Shown: piece by piece, positions 47,754-58,064 of the stretch
Layout: the number at the start of each line of letters is the position of its first letter
Position numbering within the stretch: position 1 is the first letter of the stretch
Source: Nitrospinaceae bacterium
Lineage (GTDB): Bacteria; Nitrospinota; Nitrospinia; Nitrospinales; VA-1
NCBI GenBank assembly: GCA_046754465.1
Contig: JBHHVU010000014.1
Span: 1-64,000 of the forward strand
Direction: 5' to 3'
DNA length: 64,000 nt
Program-made: the position numbers and the translations under genes
The notes under the pieces: model-generated
What the model saw: the letters and a program-made list of their open reading frames with translations, nothing else
Databases searched by the model: none
Told to the model about the DNA's origin: nothing

Positions 47754-48656
47754 TCATGCGCGGCGCCCCCCGCTTCCGGAACCTTCGATCCAGTCCCTCA
47801 CCCCATCCTGGAATTTCACCCGCGGCGGACCCAGCAGTTCCGCGGTCCTGTGGACATCTCCAACCAAGTCCCTTGGCGTGGTTTCCGGCCGCTCATTGAA
47901 AACGGGTTGCCGTCCCAGGATTTGTCCGATCGTCTCGCCAATATGGCGCAAACTCAAAACCTCCGGACCGGCAACGTTCAACGTATGGTTCCCGGTGAGG
48001 TCCAGTGAGCGGAGGATGGCGGACACCGCGTCGGAAACGTGGACCGGATTGATGCGGATCCCATCGCGTCCCGCCAGGGCGATCGGCCGCCCTTCTTTCA
48101 CCGATTGAATCAGACGGGGAATCAACCGGTCCCGTTTCTGGCCGGGACCGTAAACGAAATAAAAACGCAGGCAAAGGGTATGGAACGAGGCAGCATACAC
48201 CGCCGCCAGAATTTCCGAGCACCATTTGGTGGCCAGATAAAAATCGATATTTTCTTTTTTGGCATTTTTCCCGTCCTCCGGAGCGGCGGTATTCCCGTAA
48301 TGATCCAGTCCGCCCGATGAGGCCAGGATAAAGGTGGCGGCTCCCGCCAGGCGGGCGTAATCGAGCAGCCGCAGGGTGCTCACGGTGTTGACCGTAAATA
48401 CTTCCTCTGCCCTGTTGGGAAAGTCGCGAAAGAGATCCGATTGCGCGAGGTGAATGACGGCGTCTATCTTTTCCGGCAACCGATCGGGATCCCATGCCCC
48501 GGCGAGGTCCATGGCCACATGCCGGATATTTTCAGCGTCCGGCCCATCCGCCGGAGGCATGCGCGACACGCCGGTGATCTCCCATTCCCTGGCAAGTTCC
48601 ATCAGCAAGTGGGAACCCACCAGGCCCGTGACTCCTGTCACCAGACATTTTTTCAT
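47754..48656 (-). CDS. NAD-dependent epimerase/dehydratase
   Basis: TGVTGLVG, HLA, YLATK, VYGPGQ. Confidence 0.9.
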   Translation of the reverse strand: MKKCLVTGVTGLVGSHLLMELAREWEITGVSRMPPADGPDAENIRHVAMDLAGAWDPDRLPEKIDAVIHLAQSDLFRDFPNRAEEVFTVNTVSTLRLLDYARLAGAATFILASSGGLDHYGNTAAPEDGKNAKKENIDFYLATKWCSEILAAVYAASFHTLCLRFYFVYGPGQKRDRLIPRLIQSVKEGRPIALAGRDGIRINPVHVSDAVSAILRSLDLTGNHTLNVAGPEVLSLRHIGETIGQILGRQPVFNERPETTPRDLVGDVHRTAELLGPPRVKFQDGVRDWIEGSGSGGRRA

Positions 48657-50098
48657 GCCGCTTTTCGGGGAACAAGTTTGAGAATGTTCGCGGTTTTAAC
48701 GATTTCGCCCGCGAACCCGCACACCAGGATCAAACCCAAAAACACCACTTTGAAGGCAAACACCGATGGGTCCCATTCCGTCCGGCCAATAAAGGAGAAA
48801 AATACCAGCGTCAAGGGGATCAATGCGAGGGAGAGAACCAATTTTTTGTATTCCAGAACGATGGGGTGAATGCGCTGGGTCCATGACAGGTAATACCCGG
48901 TGAGGAAAATGTAGGAAATAAAGGTCGCCAGCGCCGCCCCCTTGGCTCCCATAGCGGGGATCAACAAAAAATTCAGGATCACGTTGAGGACCGCCGCCAT
49001 CCAGGAGGCCCGGGAAATCAAGTGGGGTCTTTTTTCCAGCGTGATGCCCATGGCGGTGATCTGGGTGGTGCCCAGAAAAACCATTCCCATGACCAGATAT
49101 CCCACAAAGGAGGACGCTTCCCAATATTCCCCGGGAGAAAGCAGGATCAAAAGCTCGGTGGAAAAAAGCGTGACCGCCGTGCCCAACAACACCATCCCGA
49201 ACAGAAGATAACTCAGAATGCGGCCAAAGATCGCGCGGTACTCTGGGTTCTCCCCGTACAAACGAAAGGCCAGGGGACTCCATGCCATTCCAAACGCCTG
49301 GTTGATGAAAATCAGAATACTCGCGATTTTATACGCGATACTGTACAACCCCACCTGGGTGTTATCCGTGAGGGCTCCCAGCATCCAGCGGTCGGACAAG
49401 CCGAAAACCCAGTACGCCAGGCCCGCATAGATAAAGGGGTACCCAAACCGGAACAGTTCCCGGCACCACCGGGTATCCCAGGTCAAGGCGAGGTCCTTGC
49501 GGATGAGCCACAAGCAAATGGGAACCGCCAACACCATGGCCAGCAGGTTTCCCCAGAAAACCCCCGCCACGCCCCAATGGAGGACCAGAACGAAAAACAG
49601 GCCCAGCCCCACCCCCATGGCGTTTCTGCAAGCCGAAACGAAAGTGAATTTCCAGGGGGCGAAGTACAGGCGCAGGACATTTTGAGCATAATCGATAATC
49701 TGGGACGGAACCACCGTCACCAGGCCCAGAACCACCCAGATCCAGGCCAGGTCAAAATTCTGAAACAGAAATTCCTTTTGAAAATAAAGTCCGGCGAGCA
49801 GCAGGGCGATGACCGCGGAGGCCCAGCCCGCGAGCACCCACAGGCCGCTACTGATGATCTTTTTCCGGTCACCGTCACGGGTTTCCGGGTCCCAGTAAAA
49901 CCGTTGCACGGAATTGTTCATCCCCAGGTTGGCCAGGGAGGCGATAAGGCCCGTCAGAGAAATGATCAGGGCCATGACGCCGAATTCCTCTACCGTAAAA
50001 ACATAGGCGTAAATGGGAAAAGTCGCGAACGCCACCAGGCGGAAAATAAAATCTCCCAGGCTGTAAATCGAGGAATCCTTGATCAGGGATCTAATCAT
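48653..50098 (-). CDS. Wzx-like oligosaccharide flippase
   Basis: Many TM helices; DRWML, VGLYSIAYK, LNFLLIP.MG.KGAA. Confidence 0.88.
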   Translation of the reverse strand: MIRSLIKDSSIYSLGDFIFRLVAFATFPIYAYVFTVEEFGVMALIISLTGLIASLANLGMNNSVQRFYWDPETRDGDRKKIISSGLWVLAGWASAVIALLLAGLYFQKEFLFQNFDLAWIWVVLGLVTVVPSQIIDYAQNVLRLYFAPWKFTFVSACRNAMGVGLGLFFVLVLHWGVAGVFWGNLLAMVLAVPICLWLIRKDLALTWDTRWCRELFRFGYPFIYAGLAYWVFGLSDRWMLGALTDNTQVGLYSIAYKIASILIFINQAFGMAWSPLAFRLYGENPEYRAIFGRILSYLLFGMVLLGTAVTLFSTELLILLSPGEYWEASSFVGYLVMGMVFLGTTQITAMGITLEKRPHLISRASWMAAVLNVILNFLLIPAMGAKGAALATFISYIFLTGYYLSWTQRIHPIVLEYKKLVLSLALIPLTLVFFSFIGRTEWDPSVFAFKVVFLGLILVCGFAGEIVKTANILKLVPRKAA

Positions 50099-51435
50099 TG
50101 TGGAGGACCCTCGGGAGGAAGGCGGTTTTCGACCAGAACGTGTTCTACCGGAGGGGTTTTTTTATTGTATTCGGAACCCATGGGGTGGAACAGGTTCATT
50201 AAATCCACCTCTTTCCCCCTCCAGATTTTATCGTAAACGGAACCGAACATATACCGGGCCGTTTCCAGGGAATGATACTTTTCCACATAGCGCCTTCCTG
50301 CCCGCCCCAAATTTTCACGCAGTGCGGGGCGGGTGACCAGGATGCGCAATTGGTCCCGGATCGTTTCCGGGGAGGCCGACAGGATCGGGCATTCGTTCAA
50401 ATAAGAATAACGCCGGAACAGGCGCGTATAGTATTCGTGCTCCAGGTTCGACAACACGGGAATTCCGCAAGCCATGCCTTCCAGGGCGTACATGGCATAG
50501 CCCGTCGCGATCAACTGGTCGGCGAGGATATCCACTTTTTCTTCCATCATGGCCTTGAGCCGGTCGTTGGGAACCTTTTCCACCAGCAGAAGGTCCACGT
50601 TCAATCCTTCCTTTTTCAGATCGTCCACCGCCTGGATGATGAACTCCGTTCCCTTGAACCCGCGATGGTTCGGTGCGTGCATCACCGTGACCGGCCCGGT
50701 TTTTCCGTCGTGGCCGTTATAGTATTTTTTCCCCTCCCACGCCTGGCAATCGATGGAAAACACGGCGAACGGAAGACAGTCCCATCGTCCCACCCCATCC
50801 ATCATGAAACTGACGATCAGGACATCGCCGGACCGCGTCCAGTAGCGGACCTTTTTCTCAATCGTCTCTTCCATCTTTGCGGACTCGGGGTAGGAAAGCA
50901 GCAACCCGTGCCGAAGGCTGGGGTCGATGACAGTGGAGTACTGGTAGGAGTCGCCGCCATGAGCAATCACCACCGATTTGCACCCGGCCAGTTTCATCAG
51001 CGGAGCCTCCAGCCTCCACAAACGGGTGGACCCAAGAAACCCGCCGGTGAAGGGATGATGAAAAATGTCGAAATGGTTGATCGCGTGGGAAAACGCCTGA
51101 TACGGCGCGAAGTGGTATTGGATCCCGAGAATCCACCGGTTCCTGGAAGGACGAAACAGGTCCTCGTAGTACCGGTCGAAATCCTCCCTCTTGTTAATGC
51201 TGGCATAAAATTCCGACATCAGGGTGGCGGATTCGTAACCGGCTTCCTTAAGCGCCTGACACCAGTATTTATAATTGATGATGGGAACCGGACCCCACAG
51301 CAAACGGGGCGAATCGGAATCGGGTTTTTTCCGCCAGGGGAAATGCAGCAAAATATAGACCAGGCCGGCCAGAGGAATGACGGACTTCACACAGGCCCGC
51401 AAAGAATTCAGTATCATCTTTTCCAGAGGAACCAT
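50095..51435 (-). CDS. GT-B glycosyltransferase, related to 46643..47734
   Basis: VMHAPNHRGFKGT, DQL..GYAMYALEGMACGIPV. Confidence 0.8.
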   Translation of the reverse strand: MVPLEKMILNSLRACVKSVIPLAGLVYILLHFPWRKKPDSDSPRLLWGPVPIINYKYWCQALKEAGYESATLMSEFYASINKREDFDRYYEDLFRPSRNRWILGIQYHFAPYQAFSHAINHFDIFHHPFTGGFLGSTRLWRLEAPLMKLAGCKSVVIAHGGDSYQYSTVIDPSLRHGLLLSYPESAKMEETIEKKVRYWTRSGDVLIVSFMMDGVGRWDCLPFAVFSIDCQAWEGKKYYNGHDGKTGPVTVMHAPNHRGFKGTEFIIQAVDDLKKEGLNVDLLLVEKVPNDRLKAMMEEKVDILADQLIATGYAMYALEGMACGIPVLSNLEHEYYTRLFRRYSYLNECPILSASPETIRDQLRILVTRPALRENLGRAGRRYVEKYHSLETARYMFGSVYDKIWRGKEVDLMNLFHPMGSEYNKKTPPVEHVLVENRLPPEGPPQ

Positions 51436-51451
51436 CGATTTCCCGGGGGCA

Positions 51452-53344
51452 TCATGAAAGATCGTTTTTCAGAAACTGTCTGCACCAGTATTCAAAACAG
51501 AGAAACGACCAGATCAGCAACCGCCGGTTGGCGGTCCCTTCCAGATGTTCATTGATTAGGCCCTGGCAGGCCTTGGGGTCGAGAAAGGTATAAATCGCGG
51601 CGTTGTCATTGAACAGCAGCCCCCGGACATAATCGATGCTGTCGCCCTTGAACCATGAGGCGTCCGGCGCGGAAAAACCCTGCTTGACGTTTTGGGTGAT
51701 GACCGGGGGAATGTAGCGCTCCATCATTTTTCTGAGAAGCAGTTTGCCGTCCCTGGTTTTGTGAAAATATTTTTCCGATTTGGGTCCGGGTTCGTTTTCG
51801 TTGAGCCGCACCACGTTCCGCAGGTTTCCCAGCCGCAGACGGGTGGGAACCTTCATGGCGAAATCCACCAGATCGTTGTCCAGAAACGGCACCCGGGTTT
51901 CCAATCCGTGGGCCATGCTCAATTTGTCCTCCACGCTCAACAGCCCGTGAAGAAAGGTCTTGGCCTCGAAATAGAGGGAAAGGTTCACATAATCTTCCGG
52001 TTTGTCGGTGGCGTGAAACCGTTTCTTCAAAACATCGCGAAAAATATCCCGCGTCCACACATGCTTGATCTCTTTCCAGACCGGATTGAATACTGCCTTG
52101 ATGAGACGGTTGGGGATCAGCCGCTGCCAGTACAGATAATATTTATCGACATAGTCCTCGAAGCCTTCGTTGACCACCGCCCGATAATACCGCCAGGGGT
52201 AGCCGCCGAAAAGCTCGTCTCCCCCCACGCCGGAAAGGACGACCTTGACGAACTTGCCCGCCAATTGGGCGATGTAAAAGTTCGGATAACTCTGGCCCAC
52301 GCGGGGTTCTTCCAAATGCCCCACGAGCCGGGGCATGACCCGCTCCATGTCCCCCGCCTTCAGGATCACCTCATAATGTTCGGTCTTGAACAGGCAGGAC
52401 ATTTTTTCGGACTTCTCGCGCTCATCGAATCCCAATTCCAATCCGGTGGCGGAACTGAGATCGAACCCGCAGGTGAAGGTTTTCAGAAAAGGCAGGTGAG
52501 AGGCCGCCGCCGCGGTGATGGACCCGGAATCCATCCCTCCGCTCAGATAAGATCCCACCTCGACATCGCTCACCAACTGGCGGGTGACTGCCTGCTTGAA
52601 CAAGCGGTCGAGTTCCTCGAGATATTCCCGGTCCTCCGCGGGGCGTGAAGGCTCTTCAAAACAAAAATCCCAATAACAGTGGATATCGATATCCGCGCCC
52701 CGGGTGGATTCATCGACCCGGGCATAACATCCCGCGGGAAACAGGCGGATGCCGCTGTGGAAGGTTTTATCGGTAAAAATATTCTGGAAGGTAAAATATT
52801 CCAGAACCGCTTCCAGGTCGATCTCCCGGTGGGTGAGGGGGTGGGCCAGGATGCCCTTGACCTCGGATGCGAACAGGAACGTATTATCCTGAACCGAGTA
52901 ATAGAGGGGCTTGATCCCGTAACGGTCGCGTGCCAGAAACAACTCCTTCCGGGACCGGTCCCACACTGCGAAGGCGAACATGCCATTGAACTTTTCCACG
53001 CAGGCTCCGCCCCATTCCACATACGCGTTCAGAACGACTTCGGAATCGGTCTGGGAAAAAAACCGGTAACCCCGGTCTTCCAGCTCCCGCCGCAGTTCCC
53101 GGAAGTTGTACACCTCGCCGTTGTAGGTCAGCACGAAGCGGCCGTCGGCGGTGACCATGGGCTGCCTGCCCGCCTCGGAAAGGTCGATGACCGTCAGCCG
53201 CCGGTGGCCCAGGCCAGCATGTCTATCGACGTAGTGCCCTTCCCCATCGGGACCCCGATGCGTCAGCGCATCGGTCATGGCCTTGAGGTGAGACACGGCA
53301 ACGGGATTTTTTTTAAAGCTGTAAGCGCCTGCGATTCCACACAT
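51452..53344 (-). CDS. asnB: Second AsnB-family glutamine amidotransferase
   Basis: MCGIAG, HRGPD, NGEVYN, LSGGMDS, GVGGDE, ETRVPFLD. Confidence 0.9.
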   Translation of the reverse strand: MCGIAGAYSFKKNPVAVSHLKAMTDALTHRGPDGEGHYVDRHAGLGHRRLTVIDLSEAGRQPMVTADGRFVLTYNGEVYNFRELRRELEDRGYRFFSQTDSEVVLNAYVEWGGACVEKFNGMFAFAVWDRSRKELFLARDRYGIKPLYYSVQDNTFLFASEVKGILAHPLTHREIDLEAVLEYFTFQNIFTDKTFHSGIRLFPAGCYARVDESTRGADIDIHCYWDFCFEEPSRPAEDREYLEELDRLFKQAVTRQLVSDVEVGSYLSGGMDSGSITAAAASHLPFLKTFTCGFDLSSATGLELGFDEREKSEKMSCLFKTEHYEVILKAGDMERVMPRLVGHLEEPRVGQSYPNFYIAQLAGKFVKVVLSGVGGDELFGGYPWRYYRAVVNEGFEDYVDKYYLYWQRLIPNRLIKAVFNPVWKEIKHVWTRDIFRDVLKKRFHATDKPEDYVNLSLYFEAKTFLHGLLSVEDKLSMAHGLETRVPFLDNDLVDFAMKVPTRLRLGNLRNVVRLNENEPGPKSEKYFHKTRDGKLLLRKMMERYIPPVITQNVKQGFSAPDASWFKGDSIDYVRGLLFNDNAAIYTFLDPKACQGLINEHLEGTANRRLLIWSFLCFEYWCRQFLKNDLS

Positions 53345-53441
53345 GATTTTTACCGTGTCATCAATGAATCAGAACGAGAGGTTTTTCCGCCGTTCCCCGG
53401 CATGGAAACGGAACCGGGGAGGATCGATCACGGGGACCGTT

Positions 53442-54371
53442 TCACGATACAGGAGAGACGGGAGCTTCCTTTTCATACAACCGCCCCATCATTCCCGATT
53501 TGAGGTAAGACACCTTCCAGTGATCACAACCTTTACAGGTTGGATCCTGTCCACACCGGTTTTCCAAATGCCGGGCGCGGACTTCCTGATAGGGAGCCCC
53601 TTCCCACACCTCCTGAATACTCTGTTTGCCGACATCCCCCAAAAATTCCTTGCGGTTCCAGTCATGGTTGCACAGGGCCACCTGACCGTCCCAGTAGATG
53701 ACCATCTCGTTCATGGGTTTCTTGCAGGGAAGACGGTGGGGAAATTCCTCCGGGGCTTGATCCAGCCGGCCATAGACCCCGTCCCTGGAATGTTCGGTAT
53801 AGATACGTACCCGGTCGGCCCGGTCTTTCCAGTAGGCTACGAATTCCTCGATATGCTTCCTGGCGGGTTCCGTTTCAACCGCCGATACCTGAACCCGGGG
53901 CAGTTCGAGGCCCATCGATTTTTTCAGCTCCAGGAACCGTTCCACATTTTGCCGCACCCGGTCGAGATCAAATCCGCGCACGGCCCGGTAGGCCTCGCTG
54001 TCATTGGAGTCCAGGCTGAACGACAGGAAATCGATCCCTAAATCCAGAATCTGGAGGGCGATCTTTTCTGTTAATATGGTGGCGTTGCTGGTCAATTGAA
54101 TGGGGGAAATATTTTTCTCCTTGGCGTACCGCATCAGTTCGAAAAAACGGGGATGCATCAAAGATTCGCCCCGAAAAAATGGCACCAGGGCCACGCCGGG
54201 ATGACCGGCCATCTCATCGATTATTTTTTTGAACAAACCGGCATCCATGTATCCGCCATCGCCCAGCTCGTGGCGGGGACACATGACACAGGATAAATTG
54301 CAAATGGGGGTCAATTCCACCGTGACCCTTTCGGGGAAATCGGTGGGTTTCAGGGAAGTGAAATCAGGCAT
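53442..54371 (-). CDS. Radical SAM protein with SPASM/Twitch domain
   Basis: CNLSCVMC; C-terminal PC..P..M.I.WDG.V.LC..D and CKGC. Confidence 0.9.
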   Translation of the reverse strand: MPDFTSLKPTDFPERVTVELTPICNLSCVMCPRHELGDGGYMDAGLFKKIIDEMAGHPGVALVPFFRGESLMHPRFFELMRYAKEKNISPIQLTSNATILTEKIALQILDLGIDFLSFSLDSNDSEAYRAVRGFDLDRVRQNVERFLELKKSMGLELPRVQVSAVETEPARKHIEEFVAYWKDRADRVRIYTEHSRDGVYGRLDQAPEEFPHRLPCKKPMNEMVIYWDGQVALCNHDWNRKEFLGDVGKQSIQEVWEGAPYQEVRARHLENRCGQDPTCKGCDHWKVSYLKSGMMGRLYEKEAPVSPVS

Positions 54372-54500
54372 CGTATCCGGTCAATGGTGAATTAACTAGT
54401 TGATCTTATTAATATTATAAATTATTTAACCCCTTATTTCTCCCTAATTCCCAATAAATCCCGATCTTTTTAACCGGGGGAAATCCGGCGGCCTTTCCGG

Positions 54501-55943
54501 GTGAGGGGAAGGGTTAAAAATCCGCGAATTATGATCCGGAATCCGGCGATGTGGAAAATTGATGAAAAAACCAGAATTCACCTGCGCGCCCTGGCGCGGA
54601 TGGCGTCGGAAAAAGACGCCGAGGTCTTCGTCGTGGGAGGGACGCTGCGCGACTTTCTCCGGGGGAAAAAATGCTCCGATTACGATTTGACCGCCCGGGG
54701 TGTCTTAAAGCTGGCCCGTAAGTTCGCCTCCCAAACCCAGCTTCCTTGCGCGTGCCTCGACAACACCCCTGGACGGGAGACCCTTCGCGTCGTGGTCCGG
54801 AACCAATACCATTTCGATTTCACCGAAATGCAGGGAAACTCCATTGAAGAAGACCTGGGCCAGAGGGATTTCACATTCAACGCCATCGCCATTCCCCTTG
54901 ACGATTTTCTGGAAGGACGGGAAAATCTGATCGATCCGCACCACGGTCGGATCGATCTTGCCCAAGGGATCGTGCGGACGGTCGGCGAACCGGTTCTTGC
55001 CGCCGACCCGTTACGGATGCTGCGGGCGTTCCGGTTCGCGGCCAGATTCAACTTTGCGATCGAACCGGAAACCCTGGATAAGATCGTCCGCGGCTCGGCC
55101 CGCCTGGACCGGGTAGCCGCGGAACGGGTCTATTATGAAATGATATTATTCCTGGGTTCAGAAAAGGTCTTCGACCTTCTTAAGTTGATGGACCGCACGG
55201 GCCTTCTGGACCGGGTGCTCCCCGAAAGCGGGACCCTGCGGGAAACACCCGTTGAAAATACCAATGCCTGGGACCTTGGCCTGAAGGCGGTCCACGAGTT
55301 GGAAAATCTTCTCGCGTGTCCGGAAACGGTGGCCTCCTCCCATCCCCTGGCCAAGGCGCTGCCGGAAAAACCGCGGCCCCTGTTGAAACTGGCCGCCCTC
55401 TTACACCGGTTGGATGATTGTCCGCAGCGGGATGCCGGAACAGGGGAACCGCAACCCACGTTTCTTTCCAAAACGGTGCCGGTTCTGAAAAGGCTCCGCG
55501 CCAGCAACGCGGACATTCAGTTCGTTTCCCGGACCCTGCAATGTCATCGGGAAGCGATGGCCACCCGCCTCCGGTTCGCCGGTGTGGAGGCTGATGATTC
55601 CCACATTTACCAGTTTGTCAAGCGATGCGGTGGGGAACTGATCCCCGGATTGTTTCTGGCTTGCGCGGTGGAGGAGGCGCAGGCTAAAATCTTTGGCCGC
55701 GGAAGTGACCCTTTTCTTCAAGCCGTCCGCCAGATACTCGATTTCTATTTTCTGCGATTTTTACCGGCCATGGAACAGAGGGAACTTCTCAGCGGAAAGG
55801 ATCTCATTCAAAAATTTCACCTTCCCCCCTCTCCCCTGTTCCGGACCATACTGGACCGGGTGGAGGAAGCGCGGGTGCTGGGAACCATCAAGACGAAAAA
55901 CGACGCGGAAAGAGCGGCGAAACATATTATTGAAACCCAATAG
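54501..55943 (+). CDS. Class II tRNA nucleotidyltransferase, probably CC-adding type
   Basis: VGGTLRD..DYD, RDFTFNA and DPLRMLR motifs; short loop DFTEMQGNSIEEDL. Start may be ATG 54531 or 54549. Confidence 0.85.
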   Translation: MRGRVKNPRIMIRNPAMWKIDEKTRIHLRALARMASEKDAEVFVVGGTLRDFLRGKKCSDYDLTARGVLKLARKFASQTQLPCACLDNTPGRETLRVVVRNQYHFDFTEMQGNSIEEDLGQRDFTFNAIAIPLDDFLEGRENLIDPHHGRIDLAQGIVRTVGEPVLAADPLRMLRAFRFAARFNFAIEPETLDKIVRGSARLDRVAAERVYYEMILFLGSEKVFDLLKLMDRTGLLDRVLPESGTLRETPVENTNAWDLGLKAVHELENLLACPETVASSHPLAKALPEKPRPLLKLAALLHRLDDCPQRDAGTGEPQPTFLSKTVPVLKRLRASNADIQFVSRTLQCHREAMATRLRFAGVEADDSHIYQFVKRCGGELIPGLFLACAVEEAQAKIFGRGSDPFLQAVRQILDFYFLRFLPAMEQRELLSGKDLIQKFHLPPSPLFRTILDRVEEARVLGTIKTKNDAERAAKHIIETQ

Positions 55944-55958
55944 TCAGGAAAAAATACC

Positions 55959-56615
55959 ATGACAACTCATTATCATAACGGCGAATGGCTTGGCAAAAAG
56001 GTCATCGTTGGAGAAACGGAATTGCGGCCGCAACAGCCGGTCCATCTTCTGATTGGCTTTCACGGAGCCGATTCCACCCCCGAAAACATGCTGGTCCACG
56101 GCAACCGCCTGGATCTGAAAAATACCGTGATGGTATTTCCCGAGGGTCCCGTCGATGCGGGAGAGAGACTCTTTAGCTGGTGGCAGGATGGGCCGCGGCA
56201 GAAGGAAGCGGTGCGGGCCTTCCTGAAATACGCTGGCGCAATGATCGAGTCGGCCCACGGCTACCTCGCGGACAAACACCCGGACCGCCCGGTTCGAACT
56301 TGTCTCTGGGGATTTTCCCAGGGCGGGGCGGCGGCTCTGGTTTACACGCTCTTGGGAACGCACCCTATATATAAAGCCGCTTCCGTCTGCGGATTCCTGC
56401 CGGAATACCCCGATGAAGAGCGAAATCGTAATTCCCCGGTCACCGTTCTGGGAATTTTCGGAGTCAACGACGACATCGTTCCCTCCTTCCTCGCCGAACA
56501 CGCCCTGGAGGAGATGAAAAACAGGGGCCACCAGTGCACGATCAAGGAAACACCGCAGGCCCATGAACTCAATGCCGAAAATCTTCGGGACCTGCGCCGT
56601 TTTTTCCAGTCCTGA
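55959..56615 (+). CDS. Alpha/beta hydrolase (phospholipase/carboxylesterase-like)
   Basis: FHG, GFSQG nucleophile, DDIV and AHE triad candidates. Confidence 0.85.
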   Translation: MTTHYHNGEWLGKKVIVGETELRPQQPVHLLIGFHGADSTPENMLVHGNRLDLKNTVMVFPEGPVDAGERLFSWWQDGPRQKEAVRAFLKYAGAMIESAHGYLADKHPDRPVRTCLWGFSQGGAAALVYTLLGTHPIYKAASVCGFLPEYPDEERNRNSPVTVLGIFGVNDDIVPSFLAEHALEEMKNRGHQCTIKETPQAHELNAENLRDLRRFFQS

Positions 56616-56713
56616 CACCCTCGAAACGAATCGCGCCCTCCTCCGCTCATGCCTGAGGAGAACGCCCTCCCCCCTGCGTCCCCCGTTTTCCCTTGAAAAA
56701 CCGAACTCTTTCG

Positions 56714-56741
56714 TTGACACGGCGCCAGGTTCTGATATGAT
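56714..56741 (+). promoter_or_regulatory. Sigma70 promoter upstream of the riboswitch
   Basis: TTGACA-N16-TATGAT with an extended -10 TG. Confidence 0.6.
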
Positions 56742-56774
56742 CGAACCACGCAAAACACGCAAAACAGGTGACGC

Positions 56775-56918
56775 AGTTCAGAGCCAGGGAAGACGGTGCA
56801 AAACCGTCGCGGACCCGCCGCTGTTACCGGGGACGAAATCCGCAAAACCCACTGTTTCCTAGCAACGGGAAGGGGCGGAGAGTAGGACAATCCGGAAGCC
56901 AGAAGACCTCTCTGAATT
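56775..56918 (+). ncRNA. Cobalamin riboswitch 1
   Basis: AGGGAA-GACGGTGCAAAACCGTC, CCCGCCGCTGT, CCACTG..GGGAAGG and B12 box AGCCAGAAGACCT; TTCAGAG/CTCTGAA closing stem; precedes btuF. Confidence 0.9.
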
Positions 56919-56978
56919 TTCTTCACAAACTCTTCGTGGACTGAGGGGTGAAGGGTAAGTCATTACGATCCCATTCCC

Positions 56979-58064
56979 TTGGAATGGTTTTTTTTACCCT
57001 TCTTCCTACTGGAACGAGGTTTTCCGGTGGAAGATTCAACTCAAATTGCAAATCAGATCCTTCCCGCGCCGCAACACGGTTTCCGCCGATACGCGCGCTC
57101 GCCGAAGTGGAAACTTTTTCCACGTCCCGCGTTTACCCTGATCTTCAAGCCCGGACTGTTCCTTTTCGTTTTTTACCTGGTCCTCGCGTCCCCCGGAACC
57201 TGGGCCACCGGGAATATCCTTCCCATCCCCAAACGCATCGTTTCCCTGTCGCCAGGAATCACGGAAATTCTGTTCGCGCTGGGCTTGGGAGACCGGGTGG
57301 TGGGGGTCACCGATTTCTGCAACTATCCCGAAGCCGCCACACGGCTGCCGAAAATCGGCGGGATTTTAAATCCCAGCTACGAAAAACTGATCTCGCTGCG
57401 ACCCGATCTGATCATCCATCAGCCGGACAGCCGCAAAATTGAAACCTTCATCCGTCAATTGAACGTTTCCGGCCTGGCGGTGCCCATGCTCACGCTGGAC
57501 CAGATCTTTGCCGCCATCCGGAAAATCGGCCAAGCGACCCAAAGCACCGGGGCGGCCGACAACCTGATTCGGAAAATGAATCGGAAACTGGAGGATTATC
57601 GGAAACGTCTGGCCGCGGTCAATAAAAAATCCGTTCTGCTCTTACTGGGGGTCAGCGCCGGCCCCTCACGGGATCTGTACGGGGTGGGCGGAAAGACGTT
57701 TCTAGGAGAACTTCTGGCGCTGGCGGGCGGAGAGAATATCCTCACCGATTCGATGGCCCTTTATCCGAAGCTTTCCCGGGAATTCATAATCCGGCGGTCT
57801 CCGGAAGTCATCATCGAAGTGGGGCCAAAAGCGATTCTATCTTCCATGGAAATGGAAAAAAGGAAACGGGAGTGGCGCCGGTTTCCGACCATCCGGGCGG
57901 TCAAGAATCATAACATTCATTTCATCGGGTCCGATTATGTCCTCATTCCCGGTCCCCGCCTGATCCGGATCATCGACCGGTTTGTCCGCGCAATCCATCC
58001 CGAACTCGCAACCTCTCCCATCCGGCTGGGACAGGCTGGGATACCCGGACAGGAGATTCCCTGA
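56979..58064 (+). CDS. btuF: Cobalamin ABC transporter substrate-binding protein
   Basis: RIVSLSPGITEILFALG, VGVTDFCNYP, PGPR; lies downstream of the riboswitch. The true start is probably further downstream. Confidence 0.85.
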   Translation: MEWFFLPFFLLERGFPVEDSTQIANQILPAPQHGFRRYARSPKWKLFPRPAFTLIFKPGLFLFVFYLVLASPGTWATGNILPIPKRIVSLSPGITEILFALGLGDRVVGVTDFCNYPEAATRLPKIGGILNPSYEKLISLRPDLIIHQPDSRKIETFIRQLNVSGLAVPMLTLDQIFAAIRKIGQATQSTGAADNLIRKMNRKLEDYRKRLAAVNKKSVLLLLGVSAGPSRDLYGVGGKTFLGELLALAGGENILTDSMALYPKLSREFIIRRSPEVIIEVGPKAILSSMEMEKRKREWRRFPTIRAVKNHNIHFIGSDYVLIPGPRLIRIIDRFVRAIHPELATSPIRLGQAGIPGQEIP

